A stretch of DNA of 21,455 nucleotides from Saprolegnia diclina VS20 (Eukaryota), in the NCBI RefSeq assembly GCF_000281045.1, contig NW_008246083.1:190906-212360 (forward strand), in the 5' to 3' direction. Every line of letters starts with the position of its first letter. Position 1 is the first letter of the stretch. Positions 18,214-21,455 of the stretch are shown here, piece after piece. The position numbers were made by a program, and so were the translations under genes. The notes beneath the pieces are model-generated. The model saw only the letters and a list, made by a program, of their open reading frames with translations. It had not been told where the DNA came from and did not search any database.

Positions 18214-21200
18214 CTAGTCGAGTAGAGGCAGCGCCACCGCAAGTCGGCGAGCCGCGGGATGGAATTTGGTCTCGTCGTGAATGTGCGTCGTGTCAAAGCT
18301 CCGAATGCGCCACGCTTTGACATCAAACACGTAAACTCTGTGCCGCAGTGGCAGCACGAGGAGGCCGGCCAAGGCCGCCGACGCATAGTCCATGTAATAG
18401 ACGCGGTGCACGACCCAGCCGCGGCGACGAAAGAGGTACTTGGCGCCACACGGCAGCATGTACGAGGTGCGCTCGTCGAGCGGTGGCAGCGTGTAGCGCA
18501 GACGATGGTAGGCAAAGAACGACAACGAGATGCTCACCGAAATACCCACCAGCAGCAACAGCCGCGAGATGCTGCCAATGGTCAGAGAGCCGCTGACGCA
18601 CGCGACTTGGTAGTCGAATGCGACCACCTCGCATTCGATATGAAGGGAGATGTGATGCGCGACGGGCTGCGCGAGGCTGAGAATCGCTGCAAGCATCCAG
18701 ACAACCAGCGACGACTTGCTCGCGTAGGCCCCGGCGTACTGCTGCGTAAACACCATGCAAATGTCATCAAAGATGTAGCCTAGCCAGCCGAGCTCCCCGG
18801 CCGCCAAGATCTTGGAGACAACGTCGACGCTTCCCGAGACGTCCAAGCGGTCTGCGATCGGAAATGTGGCGCTACCAAACGTGTGGAGCTGCAGCGTTGC
18901 GGTGCTAAGAATGCAGAGCGCCGTGGCACTCCGAAGGAAGAGAAGCTGCCGACCGACCCAGACGATGCCACCGACGCGGTTGATCTTCAAGAGGTTGACA
19001 CCCTCGGTCGTGAAGCCGTTGAGGACGGTATAGAGAAGCACGGTGCACGCGACCATGAGCATGAGCAGCGAGATATACTGGCAGAACACCCGGAGATAGG
19101 CCACGACGTTCACGGGCACTTCGGCCGCATTTGCAACAAAGCTCGTGGGCTTGAACGCCGCCGAGATGACGGAAATCGCACGCACATCGCCTTCGAAAGC
19201 GACGACTTCGCGCGTACCCACGGCCCAGTCGTACGCGTTCGTCCAGCCCACAAAGAGCATTGATACATCGTTGGGATCTAGAATCGGCTGGTGGAAGAGG
19301 GACAACTGCCTCGTCACGGCGTCTTGCGCGTAGGTCGCGAGCTCGACCTGCAGTGCCGTAATGTCACTTTGAACATTTGTTGCTTGGGTCCGAATTGCGA
19401 AGACCCACTCCGGCGGAACGTAAGCGTTGAGAAACGCCGAGGCGCTCAAGAGCGACGTGCGACACTGCGCGGGCGACGCCGTTTCGACGCTGCACACGCG
19501 CGGCACCAAAGACACTGTGTCCGAATTCACGCCGGACGCCAAGAGCGCCAGAAGCACTTGCTCGGGCGAGAAGTAGACCCACTCGCCAATGTTGGTGTTG
19601 CACGGCACCTCGGCGCCAAAATAGGACGAGACACCGTTCGTCAGGTTGAGCGACGACGCCAGCGCGTTGCAGAAGAGGTTGCTGCCGGCTCCGTTGATGC
19701 GCGTGCGGTCCAGTCCGCTAGGAACGGGTGTGATACCGTGCACGATGGCGAGATTCGCGAACGCCACTTGGGCGATGTACGAGCCATTTCCATCCGTGGT
19801 GTTGGCAAGCATAGTATGCAGCGTTTCTTGCACATCGCGGACGAGTTGCGTGAGTGAAGCGGGCGCNNNNNNNNNNNNNNNNNNNNNNNNNNNNNNNNNN
19901 NNNNNNNNNNNNNNNNNNNNNNNNNNNNNNNNNNNNNNNNNNNNNNNNNNNNNNNNNNNNNNNNNNNNNNNNNNNNNNNNNNNNNNNNNNNNNNNNNNNN
20001 NNNNNNNNNNNNNNNNNNNNNNNNNNNNNNNNNNNNNNNNNNNNNNNNNNNNNNNNNNNNNNNNNNNNNNNNNNNNNNNNNNNNNNNNNNNNNNNNNNNN
20101 NNNNNNNNNNNNNNNNNNNNNNNNNNNNNNNNNNNNNNNNNNNNNNNNNNNNNNNNNNNNNNNNNNNNNNNNNNNNNNNNNNNNNNNNNNNNNNNNNNNN
20201 NNNNNNNNNNNNNNNNNNNNNNNNNNNNNNNNNNNNNNNNNNNNNNNNNNNNNNNNNNNNNNNNNNNNNNNNNNNNNNNNNNNNNNNNNNNNNNNNNNNN
20301 NNNNNNNNNNNNNNNNNNNNNNNNNNNNNNNNNNNNNNNNNNNNNNNNNNNNNNNNNNNNNNNNNNNNNNNNNNNNNNNNNNNNNNNNNNNNNNNNNNNN
20401 NNNNNNNNNNNNNNNNNNNNNNNNNNNNNNNNNNNNNNNNNNNNNNNNNNNNNNNNNNNNNNNNNNNNNNNNNNNNNNNNNNNNNNNNNNNNNNNNNNNN
20501 NNNNNNNNNNNNNNNNNNNNNNNNNNNNNNNNNNNNNNNNNNNNNNNNNNNNNNNNNNNNNNNNNNNNNNNNNNNNNNNNNNNNNNNNNNNNNNNNNNNN
20601 NNNNNNNNNNNNNNNNTGACTTGTCACCTCAAAGTGCATGCGACGAGGTAGCATTTTAGAGATGATGACAGCTGTGCTGTTGCTGGCATACGACGTCAGG
20701 CCAGCGTAGCTTGCAGTGTCGAGTGCTCCATCAACGAGCTTGGGCGTGAGCCAGACGTATTGGTTGTACCAGTTGGCCACATACGACTGCATGCCCGTAC
20801 TGTTGAAGGTGACCCAGAACATGTCGTTGGCCAAGTTGACGGACGAGAGCTGAAGGTACGAGAGACTACCCGCTACTGAGCACGCGACGTAGATGATGCC
20901 GGCGACTACCATCGTCTTGGAGGTACGCGTGTGCGCACCGACAGCAATTTCCGTCGGTGCAGCCTCGCGCACCACCGCCTCGGACGGAACGCACGCCCGC
21001 GGACCGGTTGAGACGCGGCAAAAGAAGAGCCAGAGCTTGGTGTCGAAGAGGAACTTGTGGCCGCGCCACTCGAATGTGAGGAGACCACTCATGCACCCGA
21101 GGGCAGGCGACACGCTCCAGACATCGGCGTTGGCGTGGCCGAAGAAGGCATCTGACGCCGCCGATAAAAGGTGCTTCGCTTCCCGATGCCGCACAGGCAC

Positions 21201-21455
21201 CTCGGCTGGTCGCCACGAGGCATATGCCCGAACACAACCCAGTACAAAGACGTTGCAGAGGCCATTGATGAGGGTAAGAACAAACATGCGCTGCGTAGAT
21301 CCCAGACGAACGACGCCGCTGGTGCACTCTAACGACTGAATCACGCCGACGTGAAGGCACCGTCGGTCCACAGTCAGAACTGGTCGAATCGGCGTCCACA
21401 GCTCCAGGGTTAGGGTAATGACCCACACCAGACCCGAGCTCAGGGACGCCGACCA
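18214..21455 (-). CDS. Paralog of the 12294-17480 membrane protein, 3' part (end of a preceding unit plus the terminal unit); interrupted by an N-gap, 5' end outside the window
   Basis: The frame is open from 21455 (WSASLSSGLVWV...FLFDTKLW...SLSYLQLSSVNLANDMFWVTFN...MHFEVTS) to the gap at 20617. It resumes at 19866 (APASLTQLVRDVQETL...YDWAVGTREVVAFEGD...NRVGGIVWVGRQLLFLRS...VFDVKAWR...LPLLD) and ends at stop 18216-18214. Confidence 0.85.
19867..20616. other. Assembly gap of 750 N inside the minus-strand membrane-protein gene
   Basis: Run of N seen directly; the coding frames on the two sides differ, so the gap size is probably only an estimate. Confidence 0.98.

Noticed and set aside
19641..21428. 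ORFs reading through the N-gap, and an apparent frameshift suggesting a pseudogene
   Set aside because: Artefacts of translating N; the frame change is explained by inexact gap sizing.

Overview
Gene-dense, GC-rich eukaryotic DNA with very short (41-59 nt) GT-AG introns. Gene content and intron style point to an oomycete of the Saprolegniales (Achlya/Saprolegnia/Aphanomyces-like); this assignment is inference. Ten protein-coding genes can be built from the sequence: the 5' part of Rictor (-); a membrane-anchored, apparently catalytically dead GH3 beta-xylosidase-like protein (-); a CFAP161 + calcyphosin-like EF-hand fusion (+); a NUFIP1/Rsa1-like multi-zinc-finger protein with an RDAGYG-repeat/Pro-His N-terminus (+); a 28-aa-repeat ankyrin protein (-); a TBC1D13-like RabGAP (+); a probable orphan gene (+); cyclophilin-RRM PPIL4 (+); and a tail-to-tail pair of paralogous, internally duplicated multi-pass membrane proteins of unknown function (the first about 1712 aa, the second interrupted by a 750-N gap and running off the window). 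No RNA genes, mobile elements or CRISPR arrays could be supported. The best leads are the two-repeat membrane protein pair, the GH3 pseudo-enzyme and the two unusual domain architectures. Family calls rest on motifs recognised by eye; no searches were run.
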